From a virus, in the IMG/VR virus record IMGVR_UViG_3300036820_000001: a stretch of DNA of 64,000 bases, one strand, 5' to 3'. The first letter of the stretch is position 1. Each line of letters begins with the position of its first letter. The notes below the pieces were generated by a model. The model searched no databases, was not told the origin of the DNA, and worked only from the letters and a program-made list of their open reading frames with translations. The translations under genes were made by a program, and so were the position numbers. Positions 24,154-32,329 of the stretch are shown in pieces.

Positions 24154-24430
24154 TGTACCCGTTCGGGCGCGAGCAGGCGGAGGAGACGGACCGGGATGTC
24201 TACGGTCGCTGCCGGATGCGCCTGGGGGCGAGTCAGCGGAAGAATACTGCGAGACGCTGCCCCAGTTCATCTGCAGTGACGGGCTGATCGGGTGCAACGA
24301 CTGCTGCCAGCCCATGTATTACTGCCTGAACGACGACAACTGGCACCACGTGGACCCGGAGCAGGAGTGCTTTCTAATAGCGTGCGAGTGCAAGGAATGC
24401 CTCGCTGAGATGATGGGGGAAATGGCATGA
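24063..24430 (+). pseudogene. Cys-rich protein gene split over two frames (frame break at G5 run 24224-24228)
   Basis: Frame 0 has high GC3 up to ~24230. After that, frame -1 carries the coding signal (AEEYCETLPQFICSDGLIGCNDCCQP...CECKEC) but has no start codon upstream of Met 24314. Confidence 0.4.
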
Positions 24431-25020
24431 CGCAGCGAACAGAGCAGTTCCCGATCCAGCCGAGCCCGGAGCCGCCGCCACGGCGGCACTGGAAGCGGTG
24501 GGTAGCGGGCGGGGCGGTCGGCGTGGTCGTCCTGGTGGCGGGCATCTCGATCGCCAACGCGGGCAGCCACCCGGCAGCGCCAGCAGCGCCGAGGGCGACT
24601 ACATCGGCCCCGGCCATGCCTTCGGCCACGCTAGCGGCACCAGTGCCGTCCACGGCGGCACCAGCGCCCGCTGCGCCTCCGCCACCGGCCAACACGGCAC
24701 CGGCGATGACGAGCGACCAGCAGCAGGCTGTGCAGTCGGCGCAGGGCTACCTGACGGACGGCGAGGGGTTCAGCTACGCAGGTCTCCTGCAGCAGCTGAC
24801 TTCGGCCGCGGGCGACGGGTTCAGCAACGCCGACGCGACGTTCGCCATCAACTACCTCAACCCCAACTGGGATCAGCAGGCGGTCGAGTCGGCCCAGGGC
24901 TACCTGGACGACGGCGAGGGGTTCAGCAAGTCCAGCCTGCTCCAGCAGCTGACCTCCACCTACGGCGAGGGCTTCACCAACGCCCAGGCCGAGTACGCCA
25001 TCAGCAAGACGATGGGCTAG
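24427..25020 (+). CDS. membrane-anchored protein with two Ltp-like (host cell surface-exposed lipoprotein) repeats
   Basis: N-terminal TM helix, Pro/Ala linker, then two units Q-Q-A-V-x-S-A-Q-G-Y-L..GEGFS..LLQQLTS..G(D/E)GF(S/T)NA(D/Q)A.(F/Y)AI matching the Ltp repeat pattern. Confidence 0.75.
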   Translation: MTQRTEQFPIQPSPEPPPRRHWKRWVAGGAVGVVVLVAGISIANAGSHPAAPAAPRATTSAPAMPSATLAAPVPSTAAPAPAAPPPPANTAPAMTSDQQQAVQSAQGYLTDGEGFSYAGLLQQLTSAAGDGFSNADATFAINYLNPNWDQQAVESAQGYLDDGEGFSKSSLLQQLTSTYGEGFTNAQAEYAISKTMG

Positions 25021-25029
25021 GAGACGCAG

Positions 25030-25164
25030 GTGAGGACGCGGTACCGGTTCGTGGCCCGTATCGGCAGGCACTACGTGTGGGAGAGCGTCCTGCCGATCGG
25101 GCCGAGGGAGTCGCGGCACGAGCGGATCGTGTGCGGCGTGGATTGGTTCTGGGGGCGACGGTGA
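25030..25164 (+). CDS. hypothetical protein (44 aa)
   Basis: GTG start. Ends in a GTGA overlap with the next gene. Confidence 0.3.
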   Translation: MRTRYRFVARIGRHYVWESVLPIGPRESRHERIVCGVDWFWGRR

Positions 25165-25574
25165 GCGAGCAGTACGCGCCTCACCACGGGGCGAGGCCGC
25201 ACCGCGGCGCGCGGCAGCGGTGGTCGTGGCAGAAGAAACTGATCGCGTGGGCGGTGGCGGTCTTCATCGCGCTCATTGTCATCACGGTGATCGGGGCCAA
25301 CGTGTCCCCGGCTAAGCCCGCGCCGCGGCCGGTGACGCACTCAGGCCCGGTGCTGGACACGGTGCGGGTGCCGGACGTAATCGGCATGCCCCAGGCGATT
25401 GCGCAGCGGGTGCTGAAGGACGACGGGTTCAGCATCGGGCTGGTCACGCCGGTCATCTGCGGCAAGATCCTCTGGGTGCAGCGACAGAGCCCGGCGGCGG
25501 GGATGATGATGCCGGCCGGGATGGCGGTGAGCGTGGCGTCGTCGGTCACGCCGCCGCACTGCAAGTGCGCTTAG
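25161..25574 (+). CDS. PASTA-domain membrane protein
   Basis: TM helix LIAWAVAVFIALIVITVIG, then VRVPDVIGMPQAIAQRVLKDDGFSIGLV..VQRQSPAAG..GMAVSV, which is the PASTA pattern. Confidence 0.65.
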   Translation: MSEQYAPHHGARPHRGARQRWSWQKKLIAWAVAVFIALIVITVIGANVSPAKPAPRPVTHSGPVLDTVRVPDVIGMPQAIAQRVLKDDGFSIGLVTPVICGKILWVQRQSPAAGMMMPAGMAVSVASSVTPPHCKCA

Positions 25575-25589
25575 GCGGTACCTCCGGGC

Positions 25590-25691
25590 ATGACAGTGGA
25601 GGACTGGAAGTCGCTGGAGCCGCTGATCTGGTGGGCGTCGTTCGCGCTGATGGCGCTGGCGACGTGGCTGTACTTCAGGAGCCACCGGTGA
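25590..25691 (+). CDS. small membrane protein (33 aa)
   Basis: ATG. Hydrophobic segment LIWWASFALMALATWLYF. Confidence 0.3.
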   Translation: MTVEDWKSLEPLIWWASFALMALATWLYFRSHR

Positions 25692-25705
25692 CCGAAAGTA
25701 AAGGT

Positions 25706-25867
25706 ATGAGGCAGCAGCAGGCCCGGAAGGGCCAGCGAGCCACCAGGCGATCGTCGGCTGACAGGGATGCCGAGGAGAGCGAGCGCCCGGTGTTCTACGA
25801 CCCGCAGATACGGGCCGCGAGGCAGGCCAGGAAGCGACGGCGGCAGGAGCATTCCCCGATTACATAA
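25706..25867 (+). CDS. small highly basic protein
   Basis: ATG after AAAGG, in frame with track ORF 25565. Confidence 0.35.
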   Translation: MRQQQARKGQRATRRSSADRDAEESERPVFYDPQIRAARQARKRRRQEHSPIT

Positions 25868-25900
25868 GGGGAGGGGCAGTCTGCTGGGAGGTGAGCCTCC

Positions 25901-26476
25901 GTGCTCATCACCGACTCAGACCTCGGTCGCGGCCAGGAGGGCGACACCGAGGGCGCGGTTGACTCCGACGCTGCCACCGGGGCGGACACCGAGTCGCGTC
26001 AGATCATCGTGGCGGACGCGGACAGCGGCGTCGCCATCTCCGGGTCGGCCAGCGTCTTCGTCCTGGCTTACATCGCGTCGGACATCGACGGCGGCACCGG
26101 GGCCGAGGCCTGGAGCACGGCGGCGGGCAAGAGCGACGCGGACGCTGGCACCGGGGCGGACGTGCACGCGCTGCTGTACGCGCCAGCGGACGTGGACGCG
26201 GCCACCGGGGCTGAGGAGCAGTGGTACGCCATCGGGGTGTTCCCGTTCCCGCCACCGTGGCTGTTCGGCCCCAGTGGCGGGCTGCGCGTCGTCTGGCACT
26301 ACGAGATGCGGCGGGACATGGCCACGCTGGAGTTCCCGTCCGACTCGGACGCGGGCGGCGGGGCTGAGGGCAACGGGCCGACCGCCGTCGTCACGCAGCT
26401 GGTAGCCGGGGTCGAGGTGACCTGCGCCAAGGCCAGGGAGGCTGCGCTGGTGCTCCTGGTCGAGGAGATGGCGTGA
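25901..26476 (+). CDS. stand-alone copy of the C-terminal module of the following 1311-aa protein
   Basis: 191 aa that align along their whole length with aa ~1098-1311 of 26473..30408 (QEGDTE, DIDGGTGAE, LYAPA, FPPPWLF.PSGGLRVVWH). Confidence 0.65.
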   Translation: MLITDSDLGRGQEGDTEGAVDSDAATGADTESRQIIVADADSGVAISGSASVFVLAYIASDIDGGTGAEAWSTAAGKSDADAGTGADVHALLYAPADVDAATGAEEQWYAIGVFPFPPPWLFGPSGGLRVVWHYEMRRDMATLEFPSDSDAGGGAEGNGPTAVVTQLVAGVEVTCAKAREAALVLLVEEMA

Positions 26477-29400
26477 CAACCAGGGTCGGGGCGTTCCTCA
26501 ACCCGTCTGCGATGGGGTTCGCGGCGTTCACCGACTGGACGAGCGCGGCCAGCACATGGAGCGGCTGGACGGGCACCGGCACCCCCACGGTCACCCGGTC
26601 GTACCAGGGCACTGGACCCTGGACCATCGGCTCTGATATGACGGCGATGATCGCGGCCGGGTGCAAGATCCTCATCAGCATGACCCCGGCCTACAACCCG
26701 GTCAGCTCGACCGACTACGCCAATATCCAGTCGTTCATGGAGGCGCTGGTTGCGGCCGGGGCCGACTGCGACGTGTGCATCTGGTCGGAGCCGTACTACA
26801 ACGGGCTGACGTCGGCCCAGTACATCGCCGCGGTGCAGTACTACGGGCCTGCGATCCGGCCGTATTACCCAATGTCATTCCAGACCGCCAACGGGTCGGT
26901 GGTGCACAACAGCGAGGCTTCGTACTATCCCGGTGACGCTTACGTGGATAAGGTCAGCACGGACTACTACGCGTCTGGCTACGTGGCCGGGGACAGGCTC
27001 ACGACCATTGCTGCTGTCGCGTCGGGGGCGTCGCCGCCCAAGCCGTTCTGCCTGTGGGAGATCAACGGGTCACCGGCCAGCACAGGCCAGTCGCAGGCTA
27101 ATGTCACCGCGTTCTTCGAGTACGTGCAGTCGTTCATGCTGGGGCAGGTCGCGGCGCAGCTTCCGATCGGTGATATCTGCCTGTTTAACGGCGCGCCTGG
27201 TGAGAGCGTGTTCGGCTGCGACGCCATCGAGGAGGCGAGCTTCGAGGGCGGCAACGGCAACTGGCTGGCGGCAGGCAACACCTCGGTTGCCAACAGCTCT
27301 GCGCAGCATCATTCTGGTGCTGACTGCCTGGCGGTCACCTGCACGGGATCGACCCCGGCTCAGATCGCGTCGTGCATCGCCACCGCCTACGCCACCGAGA
27401 TGCTGCCGGTCGCGGTCGGGGACAGCGTTGACGGCGCTATATGGGTGCGCGCAGCGGCCACGTCGCGCACGGTCACCTGCCAGGTCCAGTGGTACACATC
27501 GACCGGCACGGAGATCAGCGTCACGGCTGGGACTGGCGTGGCGGACTCCACCTCGGCGTGGACGCAGGCTGTCATATCCGGGGCGGTCGCTCCGGCGACG
27601 GCGGCTTGGGCGCGCCTGTTCCCGGCTATCGCTAGCGCCGCCGCGAGCGAGGTCCACTACTTTGACGACGCCGAGCTGCGGGACGTCGAGGGGGACAACC
27701 CCAATAACACGACCACCATCGAGTTCGGCTGGGACTACCGGATCGCCTTGTTCCAAGCGCTGTACGAGGCGCTGAACACGCAGCCGCCGCTGGCGCAGAC
27801 GCCGGCGTCCCCTGGCAGGGCTGTCCCTGGCGCGGCCACTCCTGGGCTTATTCCGTCGTCGTCCAAGTCCAGCTCGGACAGCGGCACCGGGGCTGAGTCG
27901 CAGCGGATAGCCACCGAGCGCCTGTTCAGCTCGGACAGCGGCACCGGGGCTGAGACGGGGATTATCCCGCTGCCCAAGATGGCGACGCTGGTCGAGAACT
28001 TCAGGGCCAACGACTTCAGCGCGGTGTGGGGCAACTCGTACGGCACGTACAGCTGGTCACCGGGCAGCGCGGCCATCCAGTGCGACACGGGCTACAGCTC
28101 TGCCCTGGGCAGCACCGTCAACTACGACCTGACCAGCTCATCGATCTACGTGGGCATCGCTCCGTACATCGCGACCAGCTCAGCGACGTTCCTGTTCCTG
28201 ACCAGCAGCACCGGCAACGCGATTATGTTCGGGCAGACGGGCGTTAACCTGGCTGTCTACAAGGCAGTCGCTGGCGTCCAGACGTCGCTATTCACGACCA
28301 CGTACAACGCGACTAGCCATGCCTGGTGGCGGATCAGGGAGTCCGCGGGCACGGTGTTCTTCGACACCGCGCCGGACGGGGCGACATGGACCAACCAGTA
28401 CAGCACGGCGGACACCACGTTCTCTGGGACGGTCCTCACCGCGCTGCAGGTTGACATCCAGCCTGGCGACTACGGGTCGGACCCGACTGGCACCACGTAC
28501 CTGTACGCGGTCAACTCGCCCAGGCTGCAAGCATCGACGGACGCGGGCACCGGGGCGGAGACTTACGTCCTGACGGCTCGCACGCCGAGCGCGGACAGCG
28601 GCACCGGGGCTGACGCGCAGAGCATGACCGCCAGGGTGCCCAGCGCTGACGCTGGCACTGGTCTGGAGGCGCAGAGCCTGATCGCCAAGGTGCCCAACCC
28701 GGACAGCGGCACCGGGGCCGAGACGCAGACGGTCATCGAGTCCCTGGCCAGCGCCGACGCTGGCACTGGCTTGGAGGCGCTGGCGCTGACGGCTAGCCTG
28801 GCCAGCGCAGACGCTGGCACCGGGGCCGAGCTGCAGGCGCTGACGATTCCCAGCGCAGACGCGGGCGCTGGTACGGAGACGCAGGCGCTTACGGCCAGGC
28901 TGCCCAGTTCCGACGCGGGCACCGGTGCGGACGCGCAGAGCGTCCGGCTGCCCAGCTCTGATATTGGTACCGGGGCCGAGCTGCAGGTGCTCACGGCGAG
29001 GGTGCCCAGCTCTGATAGCGGTACTGGGGCCGAGCAGCAGGGCATCGCGCTGGCCAGCTCGGACAGCGGCACTGGGGCTGAGGCCCAGGCTGTGGCTGCC
29101 ACCGCGCTCGTGTCCGACGTGGACAGCGGCGTGGGCGTTGACACGGAGAGTGTCAGCAGCGGCTCGATGCTCGTCAGCGACACGGACGCGAGCTTCACCA
29201 GTTACGAGGTGGAGTCGGGCCTCGGGCGCATCCCCAGCTCGGACGCGGCCACTGGAGCTGAGGTCCTGGCGATTCGCGTCGTCGTGTTCGACGGCGGCAC
29301 CGGGTCCGAGTCGCAGTCGTCTCGGGCGTCGATGTCCAACGCGGACTCCGGCACCGGCGCGGACGCTCAGGTCCTGACGCTGGCGTCGTCGGACACTGGC

Positions 29401-30408
29401 ACCGGGTCTGAGCTGCAGGCCACTGCCGACTCCATATCCGATGTGGACGCCGGGACCGGCGCGGACGTGCAGGTTCTCCGGCTGGCCGACGTGGACGCTG
29501 GCACGGGTGCGGACACTGGCCTGCTGACGGCGCTGGCGCGAGACACGGACGCGGGGCTGGGCGCGGACGCGGATACGCTGATGGCGCTGGAGACTGGCGC
29601 TGACGCCGGGCTGGGCGTGGACGCTGGCTTGCTGCGCGCGCTGGAGTCCGACCTTGACGCCGGGCTGGGCGCGGACGCGGCCACGCTGCCGGCTGTGCGG
29701 GTCAGGGACGCCGACGCGGGTACCGGTACGGAGACGCAGTTCTACGAGCCGTCCGGCACGATGTTCATCGTCAGCGCCGACTCGGGGCGCGTGCAGGAGG
29801 GCGACACTGAGGCCGCGGTCGGCTCGGACTTCGCCACCGGGGCGGACGCGCAGTCCCCCATGGTCGTGGTCCCGCCACCGGGCGCGGACCTGGCTACGGG
29901 GGCTGAGTCGGGCAGCTTCGTCGTCCTGGTCAACGCGCTGGCGGACATCGACGGCGGGACCGGGGCTGAGTCGTGGGCCACTGCGGGAGGCAGGGCTGAC
30001 CTCGATAGCGGCGATGGCGCGGACTCGCAGCTGTCGCTTTACGCACCGGCTGGCGCGGACGGCGGCACTGGCGGCGAGCCCGGCGCTTACCAGCTGGGGA
30101 TCTGGGCGTTCCCGCCGCCGTGGCTGTTCAATCCGAGCGGCGGGCTGCGGGTCGTCTGGCACGAGGGGCAGCCGGATGAGGTGGTGGTCCGCGAGTGGGA
30201 GGGCGAGTTCACCCGCCACCTGGACGCGGCGCAGCGGTTCTACGAGATCATCAGGGACTCGGACTCGCTGGAGTTCGTGTCGGACGCCGACGCGGCGGCT
30301 GGGAGCGACGTGAGCGGGCGGACGGCCAACGTCGCGGTGTGCGTGTTCGGGCCTGATATGGTGCAGCTGGTCAGCGGCGTGCGGATCGTCTGCGGGGTGC
30401 CCAGCTAG
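26473..30408 (+). CDS. fibre/depolymerase-like protein: GH26-like hydrolase + CBM4_9-like + LamG-like + S-x-D-x-G-T-G repeats + C-module
   Basis: YYPGDAYVDKVSTDYY and LWEINGS are GH26-like. FEGGNGNW..VHYFDDAEL is CBM-like. HAWWRIRESAGTVFFDTAPDGATW is LamG-like. About 30 repeat cores. Confidence 0.85.
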   Translation: MTTRVGAFLNPSAMGFAAFTDWTSAASTWSGWTGTGTPTVTRSYQGTGPWTIGSDMTAMIAAGCKILISMTPAYNPVSSTDYANIQSFMEALVAAGADCDVCIWSEPYYNGLTSAQYIAAVQYYGPAIRPYYPMSFQTANGSVVHNSEASYYPGDAYVDKVSTDYYASGYVAGDRLTTIAAVASGASPPKPFCLWEINGSPASTGQSQANVTAFFEYVQSFMLGQVAAQLPIGDICLFNGAPGESVFGCDAIEEASFEGGNGNWLAAGNTSVANSSAQHHSGADCLAVTCTGSTPAQIASCIATAYATEMLPVAVGDSVDGAIWVRAAATSRTVTCQVQWYTSTGTEISVTAGTGVADSTSAWTQAVISGAVAPATAAWARLFPAIASAAASEVHYFDDAELRDVEGDNPNNTTTIEFGWDYRIALFQALYEALNTQPPLAQTPASPGRAVPGAATPGLIPSSSKSSSDSGTGAESQRIATERLFSSDSGTGAETGIIPLPKMATLVENFRANDFSAVWGNSYGTYSWSPGSAAIQCDTGYSSALGSTVNYDLTSSSIYVGIAPYIATSSATFLFLTSSTGNAIMFGQTGVNLAVYKAVAGVQTSLFTTTYNATSHAWWRIRESAGTVFFDTAPDGATWTNQYSTADTTFSGTVLTALQVDIQPGDYGSDPTGTTYLYAVNSPRLQASTDAGTGAETYVLTARTPSADSGTGADAQSMTARVPSADAGTGLEAQSLIAKVPNPDSGTGAETQTVIESLASADAGTGLEALALTASLASADAGTGAELQALTIPSADAGAGTETQALTARLPSSDAGTGADAQSVRLPSSDIGTGAELQVLTARVPSSDSGTGAEQQGIALASSDSGTGAEAQAVAATALVSDVDSGVGVDTESVSSGSMLVSDTDASFTSYEVESGLGRIPSSDAATGAEVLAIRVVVFDGGTGSESQSSRASMSNADSGTGADAQVLTLASSDTGTGSELQATADSISDVDAGTGADVQVLRLADVDAGTGADTGLLTALARDTDAGLGADADTLMALETGADAGLGVDAGLLRALESDLDAGLGADAATLPAVRVRDADAGTGTETQFYEPSGTMFIVSADSGRVQEGDTEAAVGSDFATGADAQSPMVVVPPPGADLATGAESGSFVVLVNALADIDGGTGAESWATAGGRADLDSGDGADSQLSLYAPAGADGGTGGEPGAYQLGIWAFPPPWLFNPSGGLRVVWHEGQPDEVVVREWEGEFTRHLDAAQRFYEIIRDSDSLEFVSDADAAAGSDVSGRTANVAVCVFGPDMVQLVSGVRIVCGVPS
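28531..29735 (+). repeat. in-frame tandem array of S-x-D-x-G-T-G-x-E/D units (approximate bounds)
   Basis: Periodic GAC-GCN-GGC-ACC-GGG-GCN-GAG cores every ~39-48 nt. Imperfect and coding. Confidence 0.8.
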
Positions 30409-30414
30409 TGGCTA

Positions 30415-30421
30415 CGATAGG
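30415..30421 (+). promoter_or_regulatory. CGATAGG motif (family B), 8 nt upstream of ATG 30429
   Basis: CTACGATAGGC-tgagat-ATG in the 20-nt gap after the 1311-aa ORF. Confidence 0.35.
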
Positions 30422-30428
30422 CTGAGAT

Positions 30429-31373
30429 ATGGCGCTTACGGCAACTCTGGAGATCTTCGGCAACCAGTGCTCCTGCGTGGCCACGGGCACATATGGCACC
30501 ACTACGCCGGCCGCTGGTACCAGTGAGAGCTGGGTCATGGGGACTGGGTACACGACGTTCCCGACGCCGCAGGACAGTGTGTTTCCGAACACGTTCTTCC
30601 GAATCGTGGACCCGGCCGCGCCATCGGAGATTATGGCGGTGGTCACGGGGGGCGGCGGGTCTTCGTCGTGGACGGTGATTCGTGGGGTTGAGGGTACTGT
30701 CGTCGCGCACTCGGCTCTGGCCACTTATGACATGGTGATCAGCGCAGGTACGCTGCAGAACCTGAAGCAAGCGTCTAATGCGGTGACGACACCAGTGACG
30801 ATCACGACCAGCACTACGGAGACTGTGCTGGCTACATATACTCCCACGGCTAATGACCTTGAACTCGGGGCTACATTCGAGGCGCTGGCGTTTGGATCGA
30901 TTACCGCGCATGGTGGCACGGCACGCGGGAACCTGGGGTTCAATCTTTACTGGGGCGGGTCTGGATCGGCTGGCGGTGCGTTTACATCTACGGGGTCTAC
31001 CAAGCTGGCCAGCCTGGTGCAAGGCACCAATATGCCCTTGTTCACTGTGACTACGGTGGTGGCTGGAGCTAGTTTTGATGTTAACGGGCAGGTTACTATC
31101 CAGGGCCTCTCAGCAGGTGTGGTGACATCGGCCGCGGCTAACATCAACTGCTTCTACGGGCCGTATAACTCTAGTAATAGCCTGGTTGCGGCCAGTGGTA
31201 TGCAGAGTGCTGTGGCGTCTAATAATGGCGCAGCTGCGGCCAGCTCTGGCTCGGCGGTGACGGTCAGCGGGGCCAGCTCGACGTCTCCTCTAATTCTTAC
31301 TGCGGTGTGGACGTCTGGGTTCACTGTCTATGGAATTACGGCTACTGCGCCGGTTATCTACAGGGTGGCGTGA
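30429..31373 (+). CDS. tail fibre-like protein (low-GC island)
   Basis: 314 aa, Thr/Ser/Gly/Ala-rich. Local GC is about 52% (31 of 60 at 30721-30780). Confidence 0.7.
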   Translation: MALTATLEIFGNQCSCVATGTYGTTTPAAGTSESWVMGTGYTTFPTPQDSVFPNTFFRIVDPAAPSEIMAVVTGGGGSSSWTVIRGVEGTVVAHSALATYDMVISAGTLQNLKQASNAVTTPVTITTSTTETVLATYTPTANDLELGATFEALAFGSITAHGGTARGNLGFNLYWGGSGSAGGAFTSTGSTKLASLVQGTNMPLFTVTTVVAGASFDVNGQVTIQGLSAGVVTSAAANINCFYGPYNSSNSLVAASGMQSAVASNNGAAAASSGSAVTVSGASSTSPLILTAVWTSGFTVYGITATAPVIYRVA

Positions 31374-31987
31374 TGACTCGTCTGGTATGTATGTATGGTG
31401 GTGACTATCCGTTCGAGTCGGATCTGGACCCGAGGGTGAAGGCGGCGCTGGAGAAGTACGCTCCCCAGGTGGGGTTGGAGGTCGAGTGGGTTGACACAAA
31501 GCCCAGTAGACAGATATACGCTGATGAGATGGAAAAGCGGTGGAACGGCACCGAGGACCTGATTATCGTTGAGCAGGACAAAGAGATATTCATGGATACT
31601 CTGCCTAGTTTGCTAGGATGCCGTGAGCCGTGGTGCGGGTACACGTTCTGGCAGAACCCGGAGCCGCACACTAACTTGGTGATCGGCGGGTTCGGGGTGA
31701 CTAAGTTCAGCGCGCAAGTGCAGACGTGGTTCCCGGTGTCGGCGTTCCGTGGTAAGGATCAGGTTGGCATTGACCGGAGGTTCTACGATTACCTCATCAA
31801 GAATCACCGGTTTGGCATCCACTTGCACGGCAGCGTGGTGCATCACCATGTCTACGAGCCGCGGCCGGAGTCGGTGCGCCGTTATGTCCGTATGTTGCGC
31901 GAGCGTGGAGTGATCGCTCCGTCTCTCGCGCCACCGGCGCTAGACCCCGGTCTGCTGCCTGGTAGCTATCGTCTGCCCGATAGGTAG
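31373..31987 (+). CDS. possible GT-A-type glycosyltransferase
   Basis: TGATG-coupled. DLIIVEQDKEIFMDTLPSLL resembles the GT2 DxD-region pattern. Low-confidence product call. Confidence 0.6.
   Translation: MTRLVCMYGGDYPFESDLDPRVKAALEKYAPQVGLEVEWVDTKPSRQIYADEMEKRWNGTEDLIIVEQDKEIFMDTLPSLLGCREPWCGYTFWQNPEPHTNLVIGGFGVTKFSAQVQTWFPVSAFRGKDQVGIDRRFYDYLIKNHRFGIHLHGSVVHHHVYEPRPESVRRYVRMLRERGVIAPSLAPPALDPGLLPGSYRLPDR
31977..31983 (+). promoter_or_regulatory. CCGATAG motif (family B), 8 nt upstream of ATG 31992
   Basis: CCGATAGGTA-gaggc-ATG. Overlaps the last codons of the upstream gene. Confidence 0.35.
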
Positions 31988-31991
31988 AGGC

Positions 31992-32303
31992 ATGGCGATC
32001 TTCACCTCTGGCATCACGCAGGCGTACGTGACCAACAACGCCCAGGCCAAGCTGGCGGCGCTGCGCAATGCCCTGGAGGATGTGGAGAACTTCTACGAGT
32101 GGCTGTCGGCGTACGCAGAGTCTGACCTGGAGACGATGGGGTTCACCACGGCTGACGCGACGGCGATATTCACGGCGTTCGCTGACGCCAACGCGCTGTA
32201 CCAGATCTACACCACCGGGCTGCCGCCGGGGACGTACCCGCAGCCGGCCAGTGCCTACGTGTACGCGGCGAGCCAGCGGGTGATCATCGGGCCGCTGAGC
32301 TAG
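31992..32303 (+). CDS. hypothetical protein, paralog of 8653..8946
   Basis: 103 aa. Shares the LETMGFTTADATAIFTAFADANAL-type segment with the 97-aa ORF at 8653. Confidence 0.65.
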   Translation: MAIFTSGITQAYVTNNAQAKLAALRNALEDVENFYEWLSAYAESDLETMGFTTADATAIFTAFADANALYQIYTTGLPPGTYPQPASAYVYAASQRVIIGPLS

Positions 32304-32329
32304 GGCTTCCAATCTGACGGGAGGCCGCC

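Noticed and set aside
24498-25574. A 358-aa + ORF overlapping the Ltp-like gene.
   Set aside because: Only its last 137 codons (from GTG 25161) look like protein, with a TM helix and a PASTA domain. The upstream part is the out-of-frame shadow of the Ltp-like gene.
28288-30219. A 643-aa minus-strand ORF through the repeat array of the 1311-aa gene. The same situation applies to 34094..35842 minus (582 aa) in the 1477-aa gene.
   Set aside because: These are mirror images of the coding repeats (periodic RVRAGA-type strings). They have no independent start or RBS context and overlap strongly coding + frames.
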